The notes under the pieces: model-generated
Database searches by the model: none
What the model was told of the DNA's origin: nothing
The model's input: only the letters and a program-made list of their open reading frames with translations
Source of the DNA: an uncultured Verrucomicrobiae bacterium
GTDB taxonomy: Bacteria > Verrucomicrobiota > Verrucomicrobiia > Chthoniobacterales > UBA10450
Length of the DNA: 64,000 nucleotides
NCBI GenBank assembly: GCA_963735805.1
Contig: CAVTMK010000004.1
Location: forward strand, 448,001-512,000
Reading direction: 5' to 3'
Part shown: one piece after another, positions 1-10,216 of the stretch
How the letters are laid out: the number at the start of each line of letters is the position of its first letter
Position numbering within the stretch: the stretch's first letter is position 1
Made by a program: the position numbers and the translations under genes

Positions 1-2772
1 GCGCTCCAACAAAAAAATCAAAAGGAAGCGAACGACTGGATCAGCGTAGCAGAAAAGAATTTTCCACCGCAGCTGAACAAACTTTTCGTCGAGTCACTTT
101 ACGAAGTTGGATGGCTGCAAAAGCCAGTCGGCGAAGCGCGGCCTTCGTTGCCGCTCATGACGGCCGCTGAGCGCTCGGAAAAGACGAAGGCTATTGCTCG
201 TTCAAAGTTCGAGCAGGCACAGCAGGCCATGCGCCAGCGCGATTTCGCGGCAGCTCTTAAACTGATCGATGAGGCGGATCAGGCAGATCCAAATCAGGCG
301 GCGACGGTTAATTTACGCGGCGAGATTCTGGCGCAGCAGGAGCAGTTCGACCAGGCCGAAACGGCATTTAAGAAGGCAGCCAAGCTGGATCCGAAACTTC
401 GCGAGGCACAGTACAATCTGGCGCAAATCCCCTTTAAAAAGAAAGAATACGCGAAAGCGCGGGACCGTTTCGAGGCATTGTACAAACGCACGCCAGGCGG
501 CGATAAAAATCAGGCTGCAGAGCTCATCAAATTCAAGATTTACATGACGCTTTTGCTTGAGGGAAAAGAGAGCCGTGCACACGCGATGATGGACGAGTTT
601 CAATTTACCGGAGATACGCCCGCACTCTATTACGCCCAAGCAGCGTGGGAGTTTCAACATAAGAACCCGGAGAAGGCCGCCGACTGGACTGCCTCGGCCA
701 ATAAGATTTATTCGTCGGCGCTGAACAGCGTTTTTGCTGACGCTTTTTACGACGTCGGTTGGATGCAAAGGCCCGCGGCCGCAACCATGCCGACACCCGC
801 GTTCGACACAGCCCAGGCTGAGGGAAGTCCGGCAGTCGAGCCGAGTCCCATTCCAGATAAGGCTTTTGCTGCAAACACCCAGAGCGACAGCTCGAAAGGT
901 GAAGGGCTGGCTTTGGGCTCAACAATGACCGCGCCCAGTGGCAGTCTGGATATCGCCGCCAACGGATCAGCGACTGGGCCGACTTCCGCTGCCTCCTCCA
1001 CCAATGATTCCGCGACGGGAACAGGTGCTCAGCCCGAACAGCCCGCCTCGGCATCACCATCAGATGGCAGTAATTCGACGGCCGCGGCCGCCCCTGCTGA
1101 ATCACCGCAGGCATCGCCCGTTTCCAAGGAACAAAATGATCAGACGGCTGTTACGCAAACAAGTGCTTCTGTGAGTCCCGCCGCAGAAACGGTGGCTGCC
1201 AAAGGTGTGCCATCCAGCGGTGTGGCAAGAAGCAGAATGTGGATTGTCGGCGGACTACTGTTGGCCGCGCTGTTAATAATCGCCTGGGTCATCGCGCCAA
1301 CCTTTCGCCGTCGTTATGCCTTTAACGTGCCGAGTAGTTACCCGAGGGAAGCCTCTGCCGCCGTACCGGCCCTGTTTAAGCCGCGAACGACGACGGCATC
1401 ACCGAAAAAGAATGCTCTCCCTGGTAACGGTTTTATCGGAGGGCCACGTCAGGTTTCGCTGCACTTAAAGCCATCGAAACCATCATTGCGACATGCTGCC
1501 ATGCCCTTGAGCAACTCCAGTGCCGCTGTTGATTTGGCCGAAGATCTGAGACCGACGCCGCCGGGAGATTCGGCCTATGAAATGGGAGAGGCGCATCGGG
1601 AGGTTTCGCTGATTGGATCAGAACGTGAAGCGTTCGTCGGGCCAATTATCGAACAAACGGTAGAAAACGGTGAGAGCTTGCACGGGGATACTCTGCAGAC
1701 GACTGAGATGGCAGAGGTTCCGGCAATCAGTGAACTAACCGAATTTACTGCCACAGCGCCCGAGGTGCCTGCCGAGATTCCCGAAAGCGTCGAGCAAATC
1801 GACGAGATCACATGGCCCGCCTATGAGGCTAGTGACGCGTTCCACGGTGCGAAGGAAACCTCGTTGCCGTTTGAGGACGAACCTAGTGAAAGAGCGCAAG
1901 ATGCAGAAATGGCAGAGCCTGCCGAGACAGCATTGACGGAGTTTCCGGTTGACTCGGTCGGCGTCGAACAATCAGAGTCCGACCAGACAGTTTCGACTGT
2001 GATTCCTGCGCCAGTGCTCGCAAGGGGTGCCACGGTCTCCACTGATTCGCCAAGCGCGGTTTCCGCAGAACCCATATTTCCGCAAACAACAACACCCGCA
2101 ATCATGCCTGAAATAACCCAAACGCCAACCGCTCCCGTAAACAAAGCCCCGGCTCCGCCGATGGCTAAACCGCAACAACCAGCTGCCGCGATGCAAACAT
2201 CCGTGCAGATCACTTTCTCCTTCGAAATTGCAGCCATGCAGTTGACACCCAGTTTCAAAATGGGCGCCCTGAAGGTGCGGCCCATTTCGAAGCTGGTCAC
2301 GATGCGGCTGCCTTCGCCTCAACAACCTCAATCCGCTCTGAATTTGCAGGTGGGTTTCGAAGTGGCAAGGATTCAGCCTGCCGCCGGAGCACTTGGCACG
2401 ATCCGAATGGTGCCTTCTCAGCAACAGAGGCCCACGCCTGGTGGTTTGCCGTCATTTGCAGTTGCGGGATTGCAGGTGGTTCCCAATTCTGAGACCGCCC
2501 CAGTCCAGCTGACACCATCGCGCCAGGGGCGGGCATCGGTACTTGTCACGGTGCCGTTCCAGATTACTACGCTTGAGTTCGCGCCCTCGCTTGAAATTGC
2601 TTCTGTTATCCTGAACTCAAATTCAAAGCAGGTCGCTGTTCAGCTGCCGGGTGCCGGGCCGGCTCCGGCTGAGGGAGCGCCAATGTTTGAAATAGCAAAT
2701 CTGGAGCTTGGCGAAGGCGGCGAAATTGGCATGTTGCATCTGAACCCTGTTAGCGCGCCAAAGCGAGCCTGA
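1..2772 (+). CDS. Large TPR-repeat membrane protein (TPR region, Ala/Ser/Pro linker, single TM helix, acidic disordered region, C-terminal beta-repeat domain); 5'-truncated by the window edge
   Basis: Frame 1 is open from base 1 (ALQQKNQKEANDWISVAEK...LYEVGWLQKP) into ORF 148..2772. TPR helix pairs (AAALKLIDEADQADP, AETAFKKAAKLDPKLREAQYNLAQI). TM segment MWIVGGLLLAALLIIAWVIAP followed by RRR. Confidence 0.75.
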   Translation, partial: ALQQKNQKEANDWISVAEKNFPPQLNKLFVESLYEVGWLQKPVGEARPSLPLMTAAERSEKTKAIARSKFEQAQQAMRQRDFAAALKLIDEADQADPNQAATVNLRGEILAQQEQFDQAETAFKKAAKLDPKLREAQYNLAQIPFKKKEYAKARDRFEALYKRTPGGDKNQAAELIKFKIYMTLLLEGKESRAHAMMDEFQFTGDTPALYYAQAAWEFQHKNPEKAADWTASANKIYSSALNSVFADAFYDVGWMQRPAAATMPTPAFDTAQAEGSPAVEPSPIPDKAFAANTQSDSSKGEGLALGSTMTAPSGSLDIAANGSATGPTSAASSTNDSATGTGAQPEQPASASPSDGSNSTAAAAPAESPQASPVSKEQNDQTAVTQTSASVSPAAETVAAKGVPSSGVARSRMWIVGGLLLAALLIIAWVIAPTFRRRYAFNVPSSYPREASAAVPALFKPRTTTASPKKNALPGNGFIGGPRQVSLHLKPSKPSLRHAAMPLSNSSAAVDLAEDLRPTPPGDSAYEMGEAHREVSLIGSEREAFVGPIIEQTVENGESLHGDTLQTTEMAEVPAISELTEFTATAPEVPAEIPESVEQIDEITWPAYEASDAFHGAKETSLPFEDEPSERAQDAEMAEPAETALTEFPVDSVGVEQSESDQTVSTVIPAPVLARGATVSTDSPSAVSAEPIFPQTTTPAIMPEITQTPTAPVNKAPAPPMAKPQQPAAAMQTSVQITFSFEIAAMQLTPSFKMGALKVRPISKLVTMRLPSPQQPQSALNLQVGFEVARIQPAAGALGTIRMVPSQQQRPTPGGLPSFAVAGLQVVPNSETAPVQLTPSRQGRASVLVTVPFQITTLEFAPSLEIASVILNSNSKQVAVQLPGAGPAPAEGAPMFEIANLELGEGGEIGMLHLNPVSAPKRA

Positions 2773-2813
2773 CCGGAAAAACTTTCTTTGGCGGGAAACG
2801 GCTGTTCTGCAGT

Positions 2814-3914
2814 TCAGCGCCAGTTTAGCGAACGTAGTTGCTTCGGAAGAAACATGCCGTTCTTTCGAATCAGCGTGCCGTCAAAGTAGATTTCTCCGCC
2901 GCCATATTCGGGACGCTGAATGTTCACCATATCCCAGTGGACCTGACTTCGGTTTCCGTTGTCCGCTTCTTCGTAAGCTTGGCCAGGCGTTAGATGAAAC
3001 GAGCCGGCGATTTTTTCATCAAACAAAATGTCCCGCATGGGATGTAGGACGCGCGGATTAAATCCGAGCGAAAATTCACCGACATAACGGGCGCCTGGAT
3101 CTGAATCAAGAATCTTATTGAGCTTTTTCGTCTCGTTGCTTGTCGCGCCGACCACTTTTCCATTCTTGAATTCGAGACGGATGCCATCAAAGGCGATCCC
3201 CTGATAAATGCTCGGCGCACTAAACGTCACATGACCCTCGACTGAATCTCTCACCGGGCAGCTGAAGACTTCCCCATCGGGAATATTGCGGTCGCCGCCA
3301 CAGATCACAGCTGGAATCCCCTTCATGCTAAAACGAAGATTGGTGCCGGGACCTTTAATCTCGACTCGATCCGTTTTTTCCATGAGGCGATGGAGGGCCT
3401 TCATGCCTGGCAGAAGTTTCCGATAATCGAGTGTGCAGACTTCGAAAAAGAAATCTTCAAATGCCTCGGTGCTCATTCCGGCAAGCTGTGCCATGGAGGG
3501 TGTTGGCCAGCGCAGGACCACCCATCTGGTTTTTTTGACTCGCTGATCCTGCACCGCCCGCATTTTCCTGGCGATCAATTTCATCGTCTCCGGCGGCACA
3601 TCGGATAGTTCGGTAATGTTGTTGCTTCCGCGCACTGCAATGTACGCATCCATTTTTTTCATCCGCCCCAGCTCGTGGCTGGCGATCAGATTTAGCTGTT
3701 TGTCGGAGGCCTCTAGCGCAAGGGCGCGGTTGACCCGGGCGTGATAGGTCTGTGCAAATGGCACTCCACCAACCTTTCGCACCGCGCGTACCAGTGCGAT
3801 GGTCATTTCGTCGGGAATATCGAATGCCTCGATGAGGACCATTTCATTGCGCTTGAGGCGGATGGAATATTCCACCAGTAATTTTGCGAGCTTATCAAAC
3901 CGGACATCTTGCAT
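2814..3914 (-). CDS. Aminopeptidase, M29 family (AmpS/PepS/aminopeptidase T type)
   Basis: Motifs [43 protein letters not shown]. Confidence 0.92.
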   Translation of the reverse strand: MQDVRFDKLAKLLVEYSIRLKRNEMVLIEAFDIPDEMTIALVRAVRKVGGVPFAQTYHARVNRALALEASDKQLNLIASHELGRMKKMDAYIAVRGSNNITELSDVPPETMKLIARKMRAVQDQRVKKTRWVVLRWPTPSMAQLAGMSTEAFEDFFFEVCTLDYRKLLPGMKALHRLMEKTDRVEIKGPGTNLRFSMKGIPAVICGGDRNIPDGEVFSCPVRDSVEGHVTFSAPSIYQGIAFDGIRLEFKNGKVVGATSNETKKLNKILDSDPGARYVGEFSLGFNPRVLHPMRDILFDEKIAGSFHLTPGQAYEEADNGNRSQVHWDMVNIQRPEYGGGEIYFDGTLIRKNGMFLPKQLRSLNWR

Positions 3915-3965
3915 AGGCGCTTATCATTCCACTACGTTCCCTGGATGCAAATAGAGCCGAGCGCA

Positions 3966-5219
3966 TCAAGGTCTTCGAACAAGCTTGGCTGCGAACGCGC
4001 CATCGAAACAATCTCGAAAGGGAAGAGAATGTCTTTCTTCAACCAGCCGCAGAGTTGGCAAACTATAGAGAATCTGCCGGATAACATCTTCGTTTTCTTC
4101 CGGCTCAAGACTACAAGTGCTGTAAACGATGACACCGCCGGGTTTCAATAACCGAACTACAGCATGCACAATCGCTATCTGCCGTTCCTGCATGCGCGCG
4201 AAGTCGGCCGGAGTTAATCTCCACCGCACGTCCACACGACGGCGCATAACACCGGTGTTGCTGCATGGCGCGTCGACTAAGACGCGGTCAAACAAACCGT
4301 CAGTCGAGCGAAACACTGACCGTGGCGATTTTAGCCAATCGCGTTGCGCGACCGACGCGACCTGTACGCCAAGTTGTTGAAAGTTGGCGCGCATCTCCCG
4401 GATGCGCCGAGGTTCTCGATCGCAGGCCGCAATGAATGCGCGGTTTTGGACTTGCTCTGCGATAAGTGCGGTTTTCCCGCCAGGCGCTGCGCATGCATCG
4501 AGGATCCTTTGTCCGGGTAATGGATCCAATAACTGACAGGCAATCGTTGTGCTGGGGTCTTGAATGTAGCAATGTCCCTGGCTCAACGCGGCGCAAGGCA
4601 ACGAACTGACTTTCACGAAGTTCGGGTGCTCAGGCAAAGGACGGGATTCCGGATAAAGCCGGAGGAATTCTGTTCGATCGACTCTCAACAAATTGATGCG
4701 CGCATAAACTGGTGCGCGAAGGTTGTTCCATTCGCAAAGCCGTTCCGCTTGTTGCGTCTCGAAATGCGCCTGCCAGCGTTTGACAAGAAATTGCGGATGC
4801 GAGGCTCGAATAAACAGGGGCTCTTGGTCGGCGCGCGAAAGCAACTCATTCTGTTGCCGTATGGCTGCTCGAAGCATGCCATTGACGATCGTTCGCTGCC
4901 GCCGAGGCACTAGATCTACAGTCTCATTGACCGCCGCGTGTTGAACTGTCTTGAGCAGGAAAAGTTGATACAACCCAAGCCGCACAACATCGCGAAGATC
5001 AATATCTAACTGCCTCCTTCGCAGACAGCCGATCCAGAAGTCCAGCAAAGTTAAATTGCGCAGGACACCGTAAAAAAGTTCAAAGGCAAATGCGCGATCC
5101 GATTCGCACAGATCTGCCTTTGCGAGAAATTCCGAGATAATCGAATCGGCAAAGCGCTTTTCTTTTCGCCACGTGCGCAGCGCCTTCAGTGCAATTCGGC
5201 GAGCAGAAAGCTGCGCCAT
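3966..5219 (-). CDS. rsmB: 16S rRNA m5C967 methyltransferase RsmB/Sun (NusB-like N-terminal domain)
   Basis: NusB-like N-terminus (DRAFAFELFYGVLR, HAAVNETV); LDACAAPGGKT, DRVLVDAPCSNTG, YSTCSLEPEENE. Confidence 0.93.
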   Translation of the reverse strand: MAQLSARRIALKALRTWRKEKRFADSIISEFLAKADLCESDRAFAFELFYGVLRNLTLLDFWIGCLRRRQLDIDLRDVVRLGLYQLFLLKTVQHAAVNETVDLVPRRQRTIVNGMLRAAIRQQNELLSRADQEPLFIRASHPQFLVKRWQAHFETQQAERLCEWNNLRAPVYARINLLRVDRTEFLRLYPESRPLPEHPNFVKVSSLPCAALSQGHCYIQDPSTTIACQLLDPLPGQRILDACAAPGGKTALIAEQVQNRAFIAACDREPRRIREMRANFQQLGVQVASVAQRDWLKSPRSVFRSTDGLFDRVLVDAPCSNTGVMRRRVDVRWRLTPADFARMQERQIAIVHAVVRLLKPGGVIVYSTCSLEPEENEDVIRQILYSLPTLRLVEERHSLPFRDCFDGAFAAKLVRRP

Positions 5220-5234
5220 ATTGTGAACAAATAA

Positions 5235-6548
5235 CTATTGCGGCTTCACGCTGGCGCGCCCGATCGAATAATAATGAAAACCGAGTCGGCCCATCGTTTC
5301 GGGGTCTAATAGATTGCGTCCGTCGAAGACGATCGGCGTTGTCATTTTTTCCTTCAGCACAGCGAGATCGACGTTGGCGAATTCGTTCCATTCGGTGGCA
5401 ATGACGAGCGCTTCGGCATCGTTCACCGCTTCAAGGGCCGATGATGCAAATTCGGTGTCGGCAATCGCTTTGATGGCGCGGGCTTTCTGCATCCCCTTTG
5501 GGTCATAAGCAACGACGTGGGCTCCTTCGCGAAGCAGCTCTGATACGAGCTCTATTGCCACAGACGACCGGACATCGTCTGTATCCGGCTTGAATGTGAG
5601 ACCCCAGACTGCAATTCGCTTTTCTCGCAACACCCACAGTGTCTCCCGAATTGTCTTTAGAAAGCGCTCTTTCTGAACGTTGTTAATGCGCTGTACTTCC
5701 TTGAGTAAATTAAATGGAACGCCAATCCGCTCGCTGATCCTGATAAAGGCAGCAATATCTTTCGGAAAACAGGAACCGCCATAGCCTATTCCAGCATTAA
5801 GAAAATCACGGCCGATTCGGTGATCCATCCCGACTCCGTCGGCGACTTTTTCAACATCGGCACCAGTCGTCTCGCAAATCGCCGAGACCGCGTTGATATA
5901 CGAAATTTTCAACGCCAGGAACGAATTGGCGCAATGCTTGATGAGCTCGGCGCTGTTAATGTCAGTCACCAGGATCGGCGCCATAAACGGCTCATAAATT
6001 TTCTTCATGATGTCGATTGCACGTTCACTTTGGGCTCCAATCACGATTCGATCAGGCTTCATCAGATCGTTCACCGCACAGCCTTCGCGCAGGAATTCAG
6101 GGTTGCTGACGACATCGAAATCTGCGCCATGGCGGTTATATCTTTTGATTGATTCGGCCACTTTTTCGCCGGTTTTCACCGGCACCGTGCTCTTGTCAAC
6201 AATCACGCGGTAATCGGTTAGGACTCCCGCGATTTCACGAGCGACCTTCTCAATAAAGCTAAGATCGACATCGCCATCCGGCTGCTGTGGAGTAGGAACG
6301 GCTATAAAAACGATCTGCGAATTCTCCACACCCTCCTGTATGCTGCCGGTGAAACGCAACCGCTGCGCCGACACATTGCGATGAATTATTTCTTCAAGCC
6401 CCGGTTCATAGATTGGTATCTGACCAGCTTGCAGCAGCTTGATTTTCTGCACGTCATTGTCGACGCAGATGACATTATGTCCAACATCGGCGAAACAGGC
6501 ACCGGTCACAAGGCCAACATAACCGGATCCGATGATTGAAAGGTCCAT
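5235..6548 (-). CDS. ugd: UDP-glucose 6-dehydrogenase
   Basis: IIGSGYVGLVTG, KSTVPV, SNPEFLREG, GYGGSCFPKD, FKPDTDDVR, DGRN. Confidence 0.95.
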   Translation of the reverse strand: MDLSIIGSGYVGLVTGACFADVGHNVICVDNDVQKIKLLQAGQIPIYEPGLEEIIHRNVSAQRLRFTGSIQEGVENSQIVFIAVPTPQQPDGDVDLSFIEKVAREIAGVLTDYRVIVDKSTVPVKTGEKVAESIKRYNRHGADFDVVSNPEFLREGCAVNDLMKPDRIVIGAQSERAIDIMKKIYEPFMAPILVTDINSAELIKHCANSFLALKISYINAVSAICETTGADVEKVADGVGMDHRIGRDFLNAGIGYGGSCFPKDIAAFIRISERIGVPFNLLKEVQRINNVQKERFLKTIRETLWVLREKRIAVWGLTFKPDTDDVRSSVAIELVSELLREGAHVVAYDPKGMQKARAIKAIADTEFASSALEAVNDAEALVIATEWNEFANVDLAVLKEKMTTPIVFDGRNLLDPETMGRLGFHYYSIGRASVKPQ

Positions 6549-6634
6549 GATGGAAGGAATGGTGCGGGCGAATTAGCCGCAGCACAAGTGCCCGAACAAA
6601 TCCAGCCTGTCGAGTGTCGTTCGTGCCCTTTCGC

Positions 6635-8875
6635 TCATTCGCCTTGAGATGTGGGATCGAAATTCAGATCGAATCCAAATTTCGGGAAAGCCTTGAGCGT
6701 TATCGTGAAAAGAAGACCGTATTCCTTCACGCCGGAGTTATCGCGTATCACTCCCCCGAATGAGGCCACCCAAGAGGTGAGATCGCGGTAAATAGAATAG
6801 CGCTGTTCTTCGAGGAGGCCGGTCTCCGCTTCATATTGTTCCTGAACTCCAAAGCCCCAATTATCATTGAGACGATAATATCCGCCAACAACGAACAGAC
6901 TGCTGTCTTGGAAAAAGGGGTTACCGTTTAGATATCGATGCGCAACATTTAATTGCAGGCTAGCCAGCGGTTGAACGGTCGCGATCGTATCCACTTCCGT
7001 AAAGCCTTTGGCAAAAGCCGGCACTTGAGAGTTCACTGAGAGGGACATCCAAGGCAGCGGCGAAAAGCGGACATTGTTCACGAGGTTTGAATAATCAGTG
7101 GGCTGGTAGGGGTTCTCGAATTGCACATCAACGAAGGAGTCGACTTCCAGCCAGGTCATTGTCCTGTCGTCGCGCCGCGTTTCCAGACGATTGCGAACGC
7201 CAACCCGCCACACCGTCCAATCATCGATGGAGTCGATGCTGGTGAACTGTGGAAAGTCAAGCGCACGCGGCTGTGTCGAAGGCAAAAACCGGTCGAACCC
7301 CAAAACTGCCGTTGGATTAGGCCCATCCTCTTTCACGTAAGAAAAGTCCGTGAACGGTTGAATGACGTGCATGAGTCCGTCCAGCCCGAGGGTCCGGCTC
7401 TGAACACCCTCCCATGTACGCGAGATCTTGAATGAAGCCTCGGCACCTGTGTCGAAAACCGAGCGAAATGTATCTCCATCAAACTTCACTGGATTAGCCA
7501 GCGTGGGAGGCGGAAGAATAAAGTTAGGCTCGAGCGGGTTTGATGGTGGTACGAAGATTGTCGATCCCAAATCCCATGTCTTGCCATAATAAGTGCCGCG
7601 GTAGCCAACCCGCGGCACAATCGAGAGCCACCCAAAGTATGTATTTGGATAAGTCAGTTGATGGAATGTGTCGAAACGATACGTACCATAATCCTCGAAG
7701 CCCGAACCCTCCGGGAACTGTAGCCGCAAATTAGCAAAGCCGGTTTCGCCTTCATAAAAAATGGGTCCTCCAAAAAGGCCGTGGCGTTTAATGTCCAATA
7801 CGACTTCAGGCGAACGTTCTGTCGTGGTGAAAAATTGATTTGCCTGAAAACGCTCGATGCCGGTCAGGGTATAAAAAGAATCTGTTTTCGCCACCGCGAT
7901 AACATTGTCCGGGACAGGGTCGATGCGAAACTCACCCTCGAAGAAGTCCTGCATCACGTATTGGTCACTCAGCTTGGTCAGATTGGCGATGCCGTAAATG
8001 TCATCCGTAAAATTCGTCCGATCTTCCAGGCTGAGTCGGTATCGCCCGGTCGGAACATCCTGTCGCTGCACAGCCGTTTGATTCAGGTTCGGGTTTTGAT
8101 CCTGAATGTAAAAAGTTTTTATCTTCGCTGTACTGCTTTGGTCTTTCCCATAATCAATAACAGGCTCAAAGCCGATGGCTGGACCACGGCGACCATAGTA
8201 ATTAAGCCGGAGGCGCGCCTCGATGTTTTCCGTGATTGGGAATGTCACCTGAGTGAGAAGCGATGGTCCCCAGGCACTGTAGTATGCTGGTGAAATCGTA
8301 AAACTAAAAGACCGGTCGAGCGATTGATACAGGTAAGGCCACCAAAAGACCGGCACCTTTCCAACATATGCGGTCACGTTCATAAAAATCACACGATCGC
8401 CTTCGTAAACGCGAATCTTTCGGGCGTGGAGATGGAAGTCCGCGTTCGGTGAATCATGCGTTGTAAAGGTGCCTTCCTGTATCACATAACCTTCGTCAGA
8501 AATTGAGGTTACGTTTTTGCCAGTCAAAAAGTATGGCTGATCCACCGTTCGTGCATTTGTAGACCGAAGTTTCTTTGTCTCGGTATTGTAAACGCCGCTT
8601 TCGGCGAGATAGAGACTGGTGTCCCGATAAATCCGTACATGACCTCTCAAGTCCACGTCGTGCGTGGTGGGATTGTATTGTGCGTAATCGGCGTAAATAT
8701 CTGTGTTGCCAATGTGAATCGCGACGTTATCCCGCGCCGTGGCCAGCCCGTTTTCATATGTCGTTTCCCCTGTAGAAGTAATTTCAATCGGGGCGTTTTC
8801 TGGGGTCTTGATCTCTCCCTCGATCAAAGCGGCACTCGCCAAAAAGGTGGCGATCAACAAAACCAGCGTTCGCAT
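6635..8875 (-). CDS. lptD: LPS-assembly outer-membrane protein LptD
   Basis: Signal peptide MRTLVLLIATFLASAA (ATG at 8875 preferred over 8926); OstA-like N-terminal beta-jellyroll; GKVPVFWWPYL motif; long aromatic-rich beta-barrel. Confidence 0.85.
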   Translation of the reverse strand: MRTLVLLIATFLASAALIEGEIKTPENAPIEITSTGETTYENGLATARDNVAIHIGNTDIYADYAQYNPTTHDVDLRGHVRIYRDTSLYLAESGVYNTETKKLRSTNARTVDQPYFLTGKNVTSISDEGYVIQEGTFTTHDSPNADFHLHARKIRVYEGDRVIFMNVTAYVGKVPVFWWPYLYQSLDRSFSFTISPAYYSAWGPSLLTQVTFPITENIEARLRLNYYGRRGPAIGFEPVIDYGKDQSSTAKIKTFYIQDQNPNLNQTAVQRQDVPTGRYRLSLEDRTNFTDDIYGIANLTKLSDQYVMQDFFEGEFRIDPVPDNVIAVAKTDSFYTLTGIERFQANQFFTTTERSPEVVLDIKRHGLFGGPIFYEGETGFANLRLQFPEGSGFEDYGTYRFDTFHQLTYPNTYFGWLSIVPRVGYRGTYYGKTWDLGSTIFVPPSNPLEPNFILPPPTLANPVKFDGDTFRSVFDTGAEASFKISRTWEGVQSRTLGLDGLMHVIQPFTDFSYVKEDGPNPTAVLGFDRFLPSTQPRALDFPQFTSIDSIDDWTVWRVGVRNRLETRRDDRTMTWLEVDSFVDVQFENPYQPTDYSNLVNNVRFSPLPWMSLSVNSQVPAFAKGFTEVDTIATVQPLASLQLNVAHRYLNGNPFFQDSSLFVVGGYYRLNDNWGFGVQEQYEAETGLLEEQRYSIYRDLTSWVASFGGVIRDNSGVKEYGLLFTITLKAFPKFGFDLNFDPTSQGE

Positions 8876-9028
8876 GGCGCACGCCGAACGTACTGCGCCC
8901 GAGGCTGCCTGCAAAGCCAAAAGCACTCTGCATGCTCAGGGCACATACTATGTATGAGCCGGTTTAAGAAAATCATCCGCGCGTTCTGTCTTGATTTACC
9001 TATCAGTTAACGGTTTTCTTCATCCGAC

Positions 9029-10216
9029 GTGAGCAAGTCAATTGACCAAATCTTCGTTAGTGCAAAGCAGTGGCTGCTGTCATGGCTGACGGGTGCGCCC
9101 GGCTGGCTCACTCAAATCGCGTCTAGTTTGCTCAGTATTTGCGCGTTGCTGGCCGTATTCCTGACGCTGTTCGCGCTGATGTCAGTGCTGGAGCGGAAGA
9201 TCCTCGGCCGGATCCAAAATCGTTATGGACCGAACCGCGTTGGGCCATTTGGGCTTTTGCAGCCAGTGGCCGACGGCATCAAGATGTTGATAAAGGAAGA
9301 CATCGTTCCGGCGCGCGCGGACAAGCTGGTCCACTTCCTGGCGCCAATTCTCATCGCTGCTGCGGCCATTCTTGCCCTTGGAGTGATCCCTTATGGCAGG
9401 AACATGACGCCGTTCACAATCGACGCCGGCATCCTTTTTTTCTTTGCCATTGGATCGACAACGGAGCTTGCAGTTTTCATGGCCGGCTGGGGAAGCAATA
9501 ACAAGTTCTCTATGCTTGGTGCAATGCGGGCGATCGCGCAAATGATCAGCTACGAACTGCCCCTCATTATCACTGTGCTTCCGGTCGTGATGGTAGTCGG
9601 TTCGCTTACACCCGATAGAATTGTTGCTGCGCAGGCTGGATACACATTGGGCGTCGTGCCGCGCTGGTTCGTCTTTACGCCATGGGGTGCAACTGCGTTC
9701 ATTTTGTTTTTTGTATCCGGTCTCGTGGAATCCAATCGCACTCCATTCGATGTCCCAGAGGGCGAGTCGGAAATTGTCGCCGGTCACATGACCGAATATT
9801 CCGGTTTCAAATACGCAACTTTTTTCATGGCGGAATATATTGGGATGTTCGCCATAACCGGACTCGCAGCGACTTTGTTTTTAGGTGGCTGGCATTCGCC
9901 GGTTCAGGTTCTGGAATTTATTCCGTCCTACGTTTGGTTTTTCGCGAAGCTGAGCACGCTGCTCTTCGTTTACATTTGGCTTCGCGGAACATTGCCGCGC
10001 ACCCGGATCGATCAAATCATGAATTTTGCCTGGAAATTCATGTTGCCGATGTCGTTTACCTGCGTCATCGCAGCGGCTGTCTGGCATTATGCGGGACGCG
10101 GTTTGCGGGGCTGGCTTTGGTCGTTTGCGGTAATCGCAATCGTTTACACCATCTTGTCAATGTTGCTCGACACACAAAGGAAGTTCGCGCCGCGCGTTTA
10201 CCGTTTCGCCGAATGA
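9029..10216 (+). CDS. nuoH: NADH-quinone oxidoreductase subunit H (extended, 395 aa)
   Basis: ERKILGRIQNRYGPNRVGPFGLLQPVADGIKMLIKED; NRTPFDVPEGESEIVAGHMTEYSG; RGTLPRTRIDQIM. Confidence 0.96.
   Translation: MSKSIDQIFVSAKQWLLSWLTGAPGWLTQIASSLLSICALLAVFLTLFALMSVLERKILGRIQNRYGPNRVGPFGLLQPVADGIKMLIKEDIVPARADKLVHFLAPILIAAAAILALGVIPYGRNMTPFTIDAGILFFFAIGSTTELAVFMAGWGSNNKFSMLGAMRAIAQMISYELPLIITVLPVVMVVGSLTPDRIVAAQAGYTLGVVPRWFVFTPWGATAFILFFVSGLVESNRTPFDVPEGESEIVAGHMTEYSGFKYATFFMAEYIGMFAITGLAATLFLGGWHSPVQVLEFIPSYVWFFAKLSTLLFVYIWLRGTLPRTRIDQIMNFAWKFMLPMSFTCVIAAAVWHYAGRGLRGWLWSFAVIAIVYTILSMLLDTQRKFAPRVYRFAE

Noticed and set aside
9682..10212. 337-aa ORF suggesting an N-terminally extended NuoJ
   Set aside because: The upstream part overlaps nuoH out of frame and looks non-coding; NuoJ homology starts at the ATG at 10213.
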